A DNA stretch of 38,724 nt, taken from positions 1 through 38,724 of the forward strand of contig NYZG01000128.1 of NCBI GenBank assembly GCA_002687025.1, given 5' to 3'. Both the position numbers and the translations under genes were made by a program. Under the pieces are notes generated by a model. The model was not told where the DNA came from, ran no database searches, and saw nothing but the letters and a program-made list of their open reading frames with translations. Origin of the DNA: Candidatus Poribacteria bacterium. Its GTDB lineage: Bacteria > Poribacteria > WGA-4E > GCA-2687025. This document shows, one piece after another, positions 8,058-16,674 of this stretch (position 1 is the first letter of the stretch; each line of letters starts with the position of its first letter).

Positions 8058-9233
8058 ATGCGATTCGTCTCGATACTCGCGTTTACCGTTGCTTTGGCCA
8101 CGTCCGCCGCCGCGGGCGACCTGCTGATTTATCTGGATTTCGAGCAGACGCCGCCTCAGCATCCGTACTTCCTCGCCTCGGAGCTGGAGGCCGGTTTCTC
8201 GTTCGATCCGTTGGAACTGAAGGCGCTCGAACGGGCGCTGGCGGGCTCTGACGGTCGTGGGGCGCGTGGATTCTCGTTCGACCCCCTTGATCTGGACGCG
8301 CTCGAACAGTCGCTGGCGGGGGGCCGTGACGATGGCGGGCGCCGCGGCTTCTCGTTCAATCCGTTGGAGCTGGACGCGCTCGAACGGTCGCTGGTGGGCC
8401 GTAACGACGACGCGCGGGATGGGTTTGCGTTCGACCCCCTTGATCTGGACGCGCTCGAACGGTCATTGGCGCGTGACCCGTTCATCGAGTCGCTTCATCC
8501 CCCGACGGTAAGCTTCACGGGTCGCGCGTTGGATCGGTCAGGTGGGCGTCGAGATACGCTCGCTCTCGGGAACGTCATCCTCCTGGCGGATGATCGCTCG
8601 AAGGCCGCGCGTTTCGACCGGAAGGGACGGCTACAGTTCTTCAGCACGACATGGTGGCCCGACGTTGCTCCGAAGCGCGCCATGAGCGTCCTCGGATGGG
8701 TGAACGTACACGAACTCAGGCCAGACGGCGTGTTCCTCGACCTTGGGACAGATGGAGGAGACGACCCCATATTCGTGGGCGATCTGATCCCCGATGACGT
8801 CCCCTTCGAGCCCCCCGTAGGTCTGTTCCCGTACGTCACGCAGGGCAGTGTCCTGCATTGGTCGCTTCACTCGGACGACTGGAGCCCAATCTTCACGCTG
8901 GACGGGCCGATTACCGTCGGCGAGTGGTTCCACGTCGCGGGGACATACGACGCGACCGAAGGCTCGGCCAGGCTGTACGTGAACGGCGAGGAAGTCGCGA
9001 CGGCGCATGGCGACGCCGAGCTGGGAGTCTACGCGGGCCCCACAGGCATCGTGACGATCAACTCGCCCCCGTACGGTTCCACCTGGTCCCTCGACGATCT
9101 GAACATCTGGGGCTGCGGCCTCAGCGGCGACGAAGTGCGCTCCGTGATGCAGTTCGGGCCGACGGTGGACAACGCTACGGCCGTGGACGACGGCGACACG
9201 GTGACCACGTGGGGCGCGCTCAAAGCGCGTTAG
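8058..9233 (+). CDS. Secreted LamG/concanavalin-A-like lectin-fold protein with four N-terminal acidic repeats (paralogue 1)
   Basis: Start at MRFVSILAFTVALATSAAAG (signal peptide), with an AGGAGA RBS at 8045-8050. The C-terminal domain ...WFHVAGTYDATEGSARLYVNGEEVA...WSLDDLNIWGCGLSGDEVRSVM is the typical LamG_3 end pattern (hydrophobic-D-[DE]-hydrophobic-x-hydrophobic-W/Y-x-x-A-L-S-x-x-E-hydrophobic). By eye about 70% identical to the next gene outside the repeat region. Confidence 0.8.
   Translation: MRFVSILAFTVALATSAAAGDLLIYLDFEQTPPQHPYFLASELEAGFSFDPLELKALERALAGSDGRGARGFSFDPLDLDALEQSLAGGRDDGGRRGFSFNPLELDALERSLVGRNDDARDGFAFDPLDLDALERSLARDPFIESLHPPTVSFTGRALDRSGGRRDTLALGNVILLADDRSKAARFDRKGRLQFFSTTWWPDVAPKRAMSVLGWVNVHELRPDGVFLDLGTDGGDDPIFVGDLIPDDVPFEPPVGLFPYVTQGSVLHWSLHSDDWSPIFTLDGPITVGEWFHVAGTYDATEGSARLYVNGEEVATAHGDAELGVYAGPTGIVTINSPPYGSTWSLDDLNIWGCGLSGDEVRSVMQFGPTVDNATAVDDGDTVTTWGALKAR
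8193..8474 (+). repeat. Intragenic tandem repeat, 4 units of 75/78/75 nt encoding G-F-[SA]-F-[DN]-P-L-[ED]-L-x-A-L-E-x-[AS]-L-x-G plus a variable acidic/Arg linker
   Basis: The Gly codons starting the units are at 8193, 8268, 8346 and 8421. Peptides: GFSFDPLELKALERALAG, GFSFDPLDLDALEQSLAG, GFSFNPLELDALERSLVG, GFAFDPLDLDALERSLAR. The paralogue 9330..10349 has only two units (GLSFDPLELVALERSLRG, EFTFDPLELNALTRPLTP). Confidence 0.9.
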
Positions 9234-9329
9234 GGCGTCGCGCGGATGGTGCGGTCGATGTCCTACCATCGGTGGTCATGGGCGGCGGGCCTGCGCCTCA
9301 TGGCGAGGACGTGTTGGGAAGGGAGTTCC

Positions 9330-10349
9330 ATGAAGTTCGCGTCGATACTCGCTCTCACGACCGCGCTGGCGACATGCGCCGCGGCCGGTGACCTACTGCT
9401 GCATTTCGACTTCGAGCAGACGCCGCCTCAGCATCCGTATTTCCTCGCCTCTGAGCGGGAGGTCGGTCTTTCGTTCGATCCGCTGGAACTGGTCGCCCTC
9501 GAACGGTCGTTGAGGGGCGATCCCGAGAATCCGGGAGAGTTCACGTTCGATCCGTTGGAACTGAACGCCCTCACGCGGCCCCTGACGCCCGACCCTTTCA
9601 TCGAATCCCTCAACCCGCCTACGGTGAGTTTCACGGGCCGCGTGCTGGACCGTTCTGGAGGCGGTCGGGATGTGCTCGCGCTCGGGAACGTCATCCTCCT
9701 GCCTGACGACCGCTCGAAGGCCGCCCGTTTCGACGGGAACGGCCACCTTCAGCTCGTCGCCACGACATGGCCGCCAGACGGGGCCCCGAAGCGCGCCATG
9801 AGCGTCCTTGGCTGGGTGAACGTGCACGAGATCAGGGCCGGCACGACCCTCGCCGTCGCCGGAATCGAGGCCGGAGGCGACCCGCTGTTCTTCCGCCGTC
9901 TCGTTCCTGCCAATGTCCCCTTCGAGGCCCCCGTCGGCCTGTTCCCGTACGTTACGGCGGGCGGGGTTCTGCATTGGTCGCTTCACTCGGCTGACGAGGC
10001 CCCGATCTTCACGCTGGCAGGCGCGATCGCTATTGGTGAGTGGTTCCACGTCGCAGGGACGTACGACGCGGCCGAAGGCTCGGCCAGGCTGTACGTGAAC
10101 GGCGAGGAAGTCGCGGCAGGCGCGGGCGATGCGGAACTCGCGGTCTATGCGGGTCCGACGGGTATCGTGACGATCAATCCGCCGCCCTATGAATCCGCCT
10201 GGTCGCTGGACGATCTGAACATCTGGGGACGCGCCCTGAGCGGCGACGAAGTGCGCTCCGTGATGGAGTTCGGGCCGACGCTGGACAACGCCACGGCCGT
10301 GGACGATGGCGATGCGGTGACCACGTGGGGGATCCTCAAGGCTCGCTAG
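9330..10349 (+). CDS. Secreted LamG/concanavalin-A-like lectin-fold protein with two N-terminal repeats (paralogue 2)
   Basis: Start at MKFASILALTTALATCAAAG (signal peptide), with GGGAAGGGAG upstream. Same architecture and C-terminal tail as 8058..9233 (...WSLDDLNIWGRALSGDEVRSVMEFGPTLDNATAVDDGDAVTTWGILKAR*). Confidence 0.8.
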   Translation: MKFASILALTTALATCAAAGDLLLHFDFEQTPPQHPYFLASEREVGLSFDPLELVALERSLRGDPENPGEFTFDPLELNALTRPLTPDPFIESLNPPTVSFTGRVLDRSGGGRDVLALGNVILLPDDRSKAARFDGNGHLQLVATTWPPDGAPKRAMSVLGWVNVHEIRAGTTLAVAGIEAGGDPLFFRRLVPANVPFEAPVGLFPYVTAGGVLHWSLHSADEAPIFTLAGAIAIGEWFHVAGTYDAAEGSARLYVNGEEVAAGAGDAELAVYAGPTGIVTINPPPYESAWSLDDLNIWGRALSGDEVRSVMEFGPTLDNATAVDDGDAVTTWGILKAR

Positions 10350-10547
10350 CCGCGGAACGGCGTTACTTCACGCAGGGCATCCGACGTGTCTGCCGATATG
10401 GCTCCGCGCTGTGCGTAGGCATGGCGTCGACCGCTGCTTCGCGCCTGCTTGCGGCGTGCTCTGTCCGACCACCCGTGTCTCATCGCCCGATCCATCCCGC
10501 CGAGGACCTCCTCTGCCTTCCCGCGGCTGAGCGCCATGCAACCCGCT

Positions 10548-10576
10548 GAAACTTCCTCCTTCGAACCGCCTCTAGA
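10548..10576 (+). promoter_or_regulatory. Candidate ECF (sigma-E-type) autoregulated promoter GAAACTT-N16-TCTAGA
   Basis: GAAACTT at 10548-10554, a 16-nt spacer, then TCTAGA at 10571-10576, about 22 nt upstream of the sigma-factor start. It resembles the GGAACTT-N15/16-TCTnA pattern of RpoE-like promoters. I found no second copy upstream of other genes in the window. Confidence 0.4.
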
Positions 10577-10597
10577 CTATGTAGGGGCCGAGGGGAA

Positions 10598-11140
10598 GTG
10601 ATGCCTTCCGATGCCGACCTGATACTCCGGTTCGTAAACGGCCAGGAAGACGCGTTCGACGCCCTGTATCGGCGGCATGTGCGGCTCGTCTATGCGGTCG
10701 CATTCCGAATGACGCACTCGCCGGAAGACGCGCGCGACCTGTGCCAGGAGACGTTCCTCCAGGTGTATCGAGGTCTCGCGGGCCTGCGAGAGCCCGCGGC
10801 GTTTGTCGGGTGGCTACGGCAGATCACGGTGCGGTTGTGCCTGGGACATCTCCGCCGCCGAGAGACGCTCGAGCGCGCGTCAGACATGCCGCCAGAAGTG
10901 GACGCGCGGCCGCTGCCCGACCGTTTGGCGGAAGCGCGGGAGGCGGAGAACCACATGTCGAAACTCCTCGACGCGCTGCCTGCCGAGGATCGCGCCGTCA
11001 TCGTCCTGCGCGACATCGAGGGGCTGCCGTACCAGGAGATCGCCGACGCGATGGGATGGACGCTCGGGAACATGAAGACGCGACTCCACAGGGCGCGGGC
11101 CACGCTGGCGCGCAAGTACCGTCAGCTCGAAGGGAACTAG
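10598..11140 (+). CDS. ECF-family RNA polymerase sigma-70 factor
   Basis: Region 2 (FDALYRRHVRLVYAVAFRMTHSPEDARDLCQETFLQVYRGL) and region 4 (LPAEDRAVIVLRDIEGLPYQEIADAMGWTLGNMKTRLHRARATL) are classic. Start is GTG 10598 or ATG 10601. Confidence 0.92.
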   Translation: MMPSDADLILRFVNGQEDAFDALYRRHVRLVYAVAFRMTHSPEDARDLCQETFLQVYRGLAGLREPAAFVGWLRQITVRLCLGHLRRRETLERASDMPPEVDARPLPDRLAEAREAENHMSKLLDALPAEDRAVIVLRDIEGLPYQEIADAMGWTLGNMKTRLHRARATLARKYRQLEGN

Positions 11141-11527
11141 GTGAACCGAGTGGGAACGGACGAACTGCTCTCCGCCTATCTGGACGACGACCTGCCGGCC
11201 GATGAACGCGCGGCGCTGGAGCGTCGCCTGGAGGCCGACGAAAGTCTGCGCGCGACGATGGAGGCGATGATCGGCGTGCGCGCGGCTCTGCGATCGCTCA
11301 GCGTCGACGCGCCCAACGACTTGCTGGCGCACTTCCGGGCGACCCTGAACGAGCAGAGGACGCCCGCGCTGGACCATCCGATCCAGGAATCCCTGCGCGC
11401 GATGCGCTCCACTCTCGACACGCTCCGGGAGCGCCTGTCAATGAGCGATCAGCGCCGCAGCATCCGTGAATTGACCCAGATCACCGCGAACATGTGTCCC
11501 GCGTTCTTTGCAGGAGAAGCACGATGA
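11141..11527 (+). CDS. Putative anti-sigma factor (N-terminal anti-sigma domain), soluble, without the H-x3-C-x2-C zinc motif
   Basis: The GTG start directly follows the sigma stop codon. ELLSAYLDDDLPADERAALERRLEADESLRA is the usual anti-sigma N-terminal helix pattern. I see no hydrophobic segment long enough for a transmembrane helix in the 128 aa. Confidence 0.65.
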   Translation: MNRVGTDELLSAYLDDDLPADERAALERRLEADESLRATMEAMIGVRAALRSLSVDAPNDLLAHFRATLNEQRTPALDHPIQESLRAMRSTLDTLRERLSMSDQRRSIRELTQITANMCPAFFAGEAR

Positions 11528-12732
11528 GCGAGGTCATCAACCGATTCGAACGCGATCACGTGGAACTGGTGGACAAGGCCGCCGTCGATACCGTGGCGAT
11601 GATCCAGGGCCGTCTGGAGGAACTGGAGGCTGACATCGCCGAGGACACGGCGGCCCGCGGCGATGTCACCGGCGAAATCGAGAGGCTCCAGGCGCAGATC
11701 GAGTGGCTGTCGCAGATAATCGACGAGAAGAAGCGCGTCGTCGAACTGGCTACCAAGGCGGAGGACACCAAGAGCGTCAGGATGCCTTTCCGGGGCGATG
11801 TCTACGGCATCCTGCTCGGCCGACACCGCGGGAATCTGGTGGTAAGGGGATGGGACGAGCCCGACATCCGCGTGAACGTCACCGTCAGGGCGTATGACGA
11901 AGAACCATCTGCCGCGAGGGCACGAGTCGACAAGGTTCAGGTCCATGTCGACGGTGATGCGGCGCGAGCCGCGCGTCTCTACGACCCCGACAGGCCGACC
12001 AGGGCGCAGGTCGAGGAGAGCATGCGATTCCGACACAGTGACCCACGACCGATCCTCGACTCGCTGTTGGACGGACCCGACCCGGTGCTTTCCGTCGAAA
12101 TCGCCGACAATCCAAGCGTCAGCGTCGAATACGGCGGAAGGCGTTGGATGGGCGAATCGGTTGAGATTCCCTCGGTGGAAGTCTTCGTTCCCCCGATGAA
12201 GACGCTCCGCATCGTGGCGAGTGAGGCGCGGATCGAGAATGTCCGCGCCGATGTCGAGGTCATCACGTACCGCGGCGTCGGGACATTCACCGACATCACG
12301 GGCGATCTGAGCGTGATGGTTCGCTCCTGCATGGGCGGGCGATTCGTCGGGGACGGGACGACGCATTCGGCGCGGCGCATCGAGTGTGACGGCGATGTGA
12401 CCATTGCGCGTGTCGGTGGTGACGTCAGCGTGGAAACGGACAATGCCCCCGTGCGGCTTCGGGAGATAGAAGGCACGATTCGCGCGCGTACGATGGCCGG
12501 GGACATCGAGTGGATTCGCACGCACGAGACGGGAACGTCGATGCGGCTGGAGTCGGACTGGGGGACGATACATGCCGAGCACGCGGCGATCGACCCTCAG
12601 TCGGACGACTGGAAGTGGTGGGGAAGGCCCGACCCACTCTACGCGGGCACCGGCACGCCTGACGAGACGCTGGACGCGCGGATTCAGTTGTTCAGCGTCG
12701 TGGGGAACGTCGTCGTGACGAACGCGGACTGA
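11524..12732 (+). CDS. DUF4097-like putative beta-helical (adhesin-like) protein with N-terminal coiled coil; no signal peptide
   Basis: ATGA overlap with the anti-sigma stop (ATG 11524, TGA 11525-11527). The N-terminus (MIQGRLEELEADIAEDTAARGDVTGEIERLQAQIEWLSQIIDEKKRVVEL) is coiled-coil-like. The C-terminal half has repeated short strands of the G-D-[IV]-x-[IV] kind (GDLSVMV, GDVTIARVGGDVSVET, GTIRARTMAGDIEW), as in DUF4097/YvlB-type proteins that commonly follow sigma/anti-sigma pairs. Confidence 0.45.
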   Translation: MSEVINRFERDHVELVDKAAVDTVAMIQGRLEELEADIAEDTAARGDVTGEIERLQAQIEWLSQIIDEKKRVVELATKAEDTKSVRMPFRGDVYGILLGRHRGNLVVRGWDEPDIRVNVTVRAYDEEPSAARARVDKVQVHVDGDAARAARLYDPDRPTRAQVEESMRFRHSDPRPILDSLLDGPDPVLSVEIADNPSVSVEYGGRRWMGESVEIPSVEVFVPPMKTLRIVASEARIENVRADVEVITYRGVGTFTDITGDLSVMVRSCMGGRFVGDGTTHSARRIECDGDVTIARVGGDVSVETDNAPVRLREIEGTIRARTMAGDIEWIRTHETGTSMRLESDWGTIHAEHAAIDPQSDDWKWWGRPDPLYAGTGTPDETLDARIQLFSVVGNVVVTNAD

Positions 12733-12773
12733 CCGCCCTGAGCTCGAGCAGCAGCCACGCGGCCGGTCGCGGG

Positions 12774-15143
12774 TCACCGCGTTGAGTCGCCTATCCTGAT
12801 TCGCGCCGCGGTGGGCTCGCCGTCCAATGAGGTGAACGTGATCGTGTACGGCGCGCCGGGCGTGAGCCTGGTACCCGACCACTCGGCGAGAATGTCGACG
12901 TCCAGCGTCCCGGGCCGAGGCTGCGGCGGCGCGTCCTCATCATCTGGAAGCACCCTCACCGAGATGGTGTTCCCCTCGCGGACGGTTTCGAACACCGGCT
13001 CTCTCGCGGGCCATCCACCGTTCCCCAGAGAGATCGGGCCGCCCGGCCCGTTGAAGTCCGCCCAGAAACCGCGAGTTGCATCTACCATGTCGACTTCGAG
13101 CGACATGTCAATGGGGACCGGATCCGGGGCGCGGAACGTGTATACGGCCCCCAACTGCGGCCTCTCGACCAGCAGCAGCACACCGTCCGGGAGGGCCTCT
13201 TCCGGCGTCTGGGATGCATGCGGCGGGGGTCCGGCAACCTGTCGCACCTCGGCCTGCCGAGACGGGTCTACGCGGTACGTCGCGCCGTCTACCAACTTGA
13301 CGCGGTAGTGGCCTTCCCGGGCCAGAAGGGACATCCAGTCCGGCGGCAGCGGCGGGGTCGGGAAGATGTAGCGAACCGGGTAGTACTCCTCAAAATGGGG
13401 GTCGGAGCCGAAGTCCGGCGGCGTGGACGAGTCCCGCGGCCTGGTTCGTGGCTTGTGGCGGGCGTCGGGGTCGGGGTCGGGTTCAAGGAGGGCGTATTCC
13501 TCTGAGAGGACGTTGACCCGATCTATCAGGCTGTCGTCGGCCGCCTGGTCACGAACCCGGACGGCCGTGCCGCGCTCCACTCGGGCCTTTATGTACCGTC
13601 CGAGGAGGTAGGGATGCGTGAGCGCCGTTTCGGCGCCGTCCGCCTCCGCTTGCACCCGCAGGAGTGGCGGGGTCCCGTATTCGTCCACCAGAGGCAGCGG
13701 GTCGTGAGTCATCGGATTCTGTTCCGGCTCGACAGCCGCCAGGTATACGGTCGGCAGCTCCTTCCCGTCACTGACTACGCTGATCGTGACAGGCTCCGTG
13801 TTTCGGACGACGAACTCGCCGCCGGTCTCGTCGTGGCGTACATAGACGACCAGGCTGAAGTCGTGCTCGCCCGCCACCGAGCTCGACCAGTCGTCGACTA
13901 CGTGCTCCCCCGGGAATCTGGACTCGGCGCCTTGCCACGCTGCGGTGAGTGTGTCGGCCATGCCGGTGGGGTCCGTGATAGTCACCTCGCCGTGGCTAAC
14001 CGAGTAGGTGGATCCGCTGAACTTGAACGCCTCCGTCTCGACCGGCCCATCCGTGACCACGAGACGGAAGTGGAGCGGCGCTGTGCGGCCGATCTCGACG
14101 GCGGACGGAAAGTAGTGCGCCACGCGGACGCCATAGTCCACGACGACGTAGCGCGCGATATCGACTTCGCGCTCCGCCATCACCATTGCCCCCCATGTCC
14201 CGGGTGCTGGGTGGCGCACTCGATAGAAGGCGTTCCCGACCCCCGAGACCACCGGGCGCACGAATTGCTCCCCTGGGCCGAGCATGAATACCCTGAAGGG
14301 GACGACACCCATCGCGTCGGCCGCCGACACGATGTCCACCTGTAGCCACTCGGCGTTCGGCAAGACGGGGACGCTGGCCATATCGGAACTGTGCGGATCC
14401 ATGCGCGCTATCGTGGGCTCGCCCCCGTAGCCCTGGATGGCTGCCAAGAGACCTCCGAAAACCATCGGCAGCCCGTTGCCCGTCTCGACGACCCACCGCC
14501 GATCCGCGTGCGGCACGGCGTGCGCGAGCGCCTTCGCCTTGTCCGCGAACGGCCCGACGGCCGTGACGTAGAGCGGGACCCCAGCTTCGTCGAAGGACGC
14601 GACGGCCTCGGCGAATGCCGTCGTCGACGCGCCGGCGTCTTCTTCCGGCCCGAACGACGCGGCGGACAGCGCGACCACCGAAGACACGACCCCCGGCGAC
14701 TCGCCCTGTCGCAGCAGGTCCAGGGAGTCGTTAAGAGCACGGACCAGCGCGCCGGGCGCCGCAGGAGTGTCCGATGCGCCGGGCGCGGCCGGCAGACCGG
14801 CCAGCCCCGCGATTTCCTCGCGAGTGTCATCCGTTATGCCGACGAGCTCGGCCGCCTGGAATCCCTCGCCGGCGCGGATCACACCGGCCCGGTCGGTCGC
14901 GTCGAGACCGTACAGCAGCTTGCGAATTCCCGACTCTCGGACGCCGTCCGGGTCGAGCTGCTCAAGGCGTGCCAGCCCGTCTAGAACGAAGACGATGTCG
15001 CGCCGTGGGCGCGTCAGAAGGCGTGGGCCGTCGGCGCCGCTATCCGCTGCGTGGGTGGTGGCGGCAGCTATCGTGGATGCCAATGCGGCGATCAAAGCGT
15101 AGCGGCGGAGGGTGATCGCGCTTGCGAGGACGCGTGCGAGCAT
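12774..15143 (-). CDS. Large secreted protein (789 aa) with N-terminal vWA-like domain carrying a degenerate MIDAS
   Basis: Signal peptide MLARVLASAITLRRYALIAALASTIAAATTHAADS, with an AAGGGAG RBS. DIVFVLDGLARL occupies the position of the vWA D-x-S-x-S strand, followed by alternating strand/helix segments (VVALSAASFG, PLYVTAVG). The remaining ~550 aa match no family I recognise. Confidence 0.6.
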   Translation of the reverse strand: MLARVLASAITLRRYALIAALASTIAAATTHAADSGADGPRLLTRPRRDIVFVLDGLARLEQLDPDGVRESGIRKLLYGLDATDRAGVIRAGEGFQAAELVGITDDTREEIAGLAGLPAAPGASDTPAAPGALVRALNDSLDLLRQGESPGVVSSVVALSAASFGPEEDAGASTTAFAEAVASFDEAGVPLYVTAVGPFADKAKALAHAVPHADRRWVVETGNGLPMVFGGLLAAIQGYGGEPTIARMDPHSSDMASVPVLPNAEWLQVDIVSAADAMGVVPFRVFMLGPGEQFVRPVVSGVGNAFYRVRHPAPGTWGAMVMAEREVDIARYVVVDYGVRVAHYFPSAVEIGRTAPLHFRLVVTDGPVETEAFKFSGSTYSVSHGEVTITDPTGMADTLTAAWQGAESRFPGEHVVDDWSSSVAGEHDFSLVVYVRHDETGGEFVVRNTEPVTISVVSDGKELPTVYLAAVEPEQNPMTHDPLPLVDEYGTPPLLRVQAEADGAETALTHPYLLGRYIKARVERGTAVRVRDQAADDSLIDRVNVLSEEYALLEPDPDPDARHKPRTRPRDSSTPPDFGSDPHFEEYYPVRYIFPTPPLPPDWMSLLAREGHYRVKLVDGATYRVDPSRQAEVRQVAGPPPHASQTPEEALPDGVLLLVERPQLGAVYTFRAPDPVPIDMSLEVDMVDATRGFWADFNGPGGPISLGNGGWPAREPVFETVREGNTISVRVLPDDEDAPPQPRPGTLDVDILAEWSGTRLTPGAPYTITFTSLDGEPTAARIRIGDSTR

Positions 15144-15377
15144 ATCCGTCTCCCTTCATCCGGCGCCCACGTGCTGCCGTCTGAGTCGAACATGGCGACG
15201 GGCGGGCGTCGGCCAGCGGGCGCACAGAGCCGGTGAGCTCGAATTCACGTGGCATTGTTAGCAACACGCAGCGGTTGCGCAAGCCGTGTGCTATCCTCAG
15301 ACCGTCCCGACGTTCCCCAATGCGTCGGCGTTTGCCCGACGCCTCGGAGCCTTCGAGGCGCACAACGGGAGCGAGAC

Positions 15378-16556
15378 ATGACCGATGACCTGACCCCATC
15401 ACAGGTGCTGGACGCGCTGTGGAACGCGCTCATGGAGCACTACCCGGTCGTGCAGTATCTCGGCATCATCGACGACGCGCGGCTGGAGGAAAACCGGGCG
15501 CGGATTGCCGCTGCCGCCGACTGGCCGGCCGCGTACGCGATCATGGAAGAACTGGTCGATTCCTTCCACGATTATCACACAGGACTGAGCTGGCCAGGCC
15601 GTCCCGACTATGCCGATCCCCCGGCTCGCATCGCGCATGTGGAGGGAGCCCTCGCAGTCGAGCGATGCGATCCAGAGACGGGTCTGTCTCCTGGCGACAT
15701 CGTCGTGTCTATCGACGGTGAAGACGCGATGGGGTTGTTCCGAGAACGGCTCGAAGTCGCGTCCGGGGCGACGAAATACGCGCGATGGCGCTGGGCGACG
15801 GATTCCCTGCTGCGCGGGGTGAGAGGCTCCGAAGTCACGATGGCCGTGAGCGGAGCCGACGGGCGGACATGCTCCGTCACTATGACGCGCGGGCGAGGTT
15901 ACGGCCAGGATGGGCCGATCGTCGAGGCGCGCACGATAGCGGACGACGTGGGGTATGTCCGCATCCGGAAGTGGTGGAATGCCGAGGAAGAAGATCTCGT
16001 CGCGGACACCGACGCGGCGTTGGAGCGCTTCCGTGAGTACCCCTTCCTCGTCATCGACGTGCGCGAGAACGGGGGCGGAAACGACAGACTGGGGGACGAA
16101 GTCGTGGGCCGGTTTCTGACACAGCCGGTCGTCGCCAGCGTCAGCTTCCATCGGGAGCCGGGGACGGACACGTACCGGCAGACCGCCGAAGTCGCTCGTC
16201 CACGCGGCCCATGGCGCTATGAGGGGCGGACGGCCGTCCTGATAGACGAGGGGTGCATGAGCGCGTGCGAGCACTTCGTCAGCGGGATGGACGCCTCCGG
16301 GGTCGCCCTTCTCGTCGGTGTGTCCACAACGGGCGCCGGCGGGTGGATCCGCACGGTCGAGCTGCCGGGCGGCGCGACGCTTCGTTGCTCCCGGACCTTC
16401 CCGTTGCACGGCCATCGCCCCTCCGCGATGAGCGGCATACCGCCCCATGTCCACGTCTCACCGACGATCGCGTCGCTTCGGTCGGGGGCGGACATCGTGC
16501 TCGACACGGCGGTGGAGCGCCTGCGCTCAGGGGAGCCGCTACCGGAGCGAGACTGA
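15378..16556 (+). CDS. S41-family peptidase (IRBP/tricorn-core-like subgroup), no signal peptide
   Basis: Internal Met of track ORF 15249..16556, with GGGAGCGAG upstream. Motifs: PGDIVVSIDG (PDZ-like), GYVRIRKW, LVIDVRENGGGN, AVLIDEGCMSACEHF (nucleophile Ser region), LVGVSTTGAGG. Confidence 0.75.
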   Translation: MTDDLTPSQVLDALWNALMEHYPVVQYLGIIDDARLEENRARIAAAADWPAAYAIMEELVDSFHDYHTGLSWPGRPDYADPPARIAHVEGALAVERCDPETGLSPGDIVVSIDGEDAMGLFRERLEVASGATKYARWRWATDSLLRGVRGSEVTMAVSGADGRTCSVTMTRGRGYGQDGPIVEARTIADDVGYVRIRKWWNAEEEDLVADTDAALERFREYPFLVIDVRENGGGNDRLGDEVVGRFLTQPVVASVSFHREPGTDTYRQTAEVARPRGPWRYEGRTAVLIDEGCMSACEHFVSGMDASGVALLVGVSTTGAGGWIRTVELPGGATLRCSRTFPLHGHRPSAMSGIPPHVHVSPTIASLRSGADIVLDTAVERLRSGEPLPERD

Positions 16557-16674
16557 CGGCCTGTCAGGACGCTACGTCTTCCTCGCGCGGTCGCATCACG
16601 GCTGTTTGACGCTGCCAGGTGACACAGCTACATTCGATCTGCCGCGAGCGCCGACGAGCCGCCAGGAGCGACCG

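Noticed and set aside
15378-16556. Considered whether the S41 peptidase is catalytically dead, because the GKG lysine of Ctp/Prc-type enzymes is replaced (GVSTTGAGG).
   Set aside because: The T-G-G-G/A pattern is normal for the IRBP/tricorn-core-like S41 subgroup, which uses a different catalytic arrangement. The nucleophile Ser context (CMSACEHF) is present.
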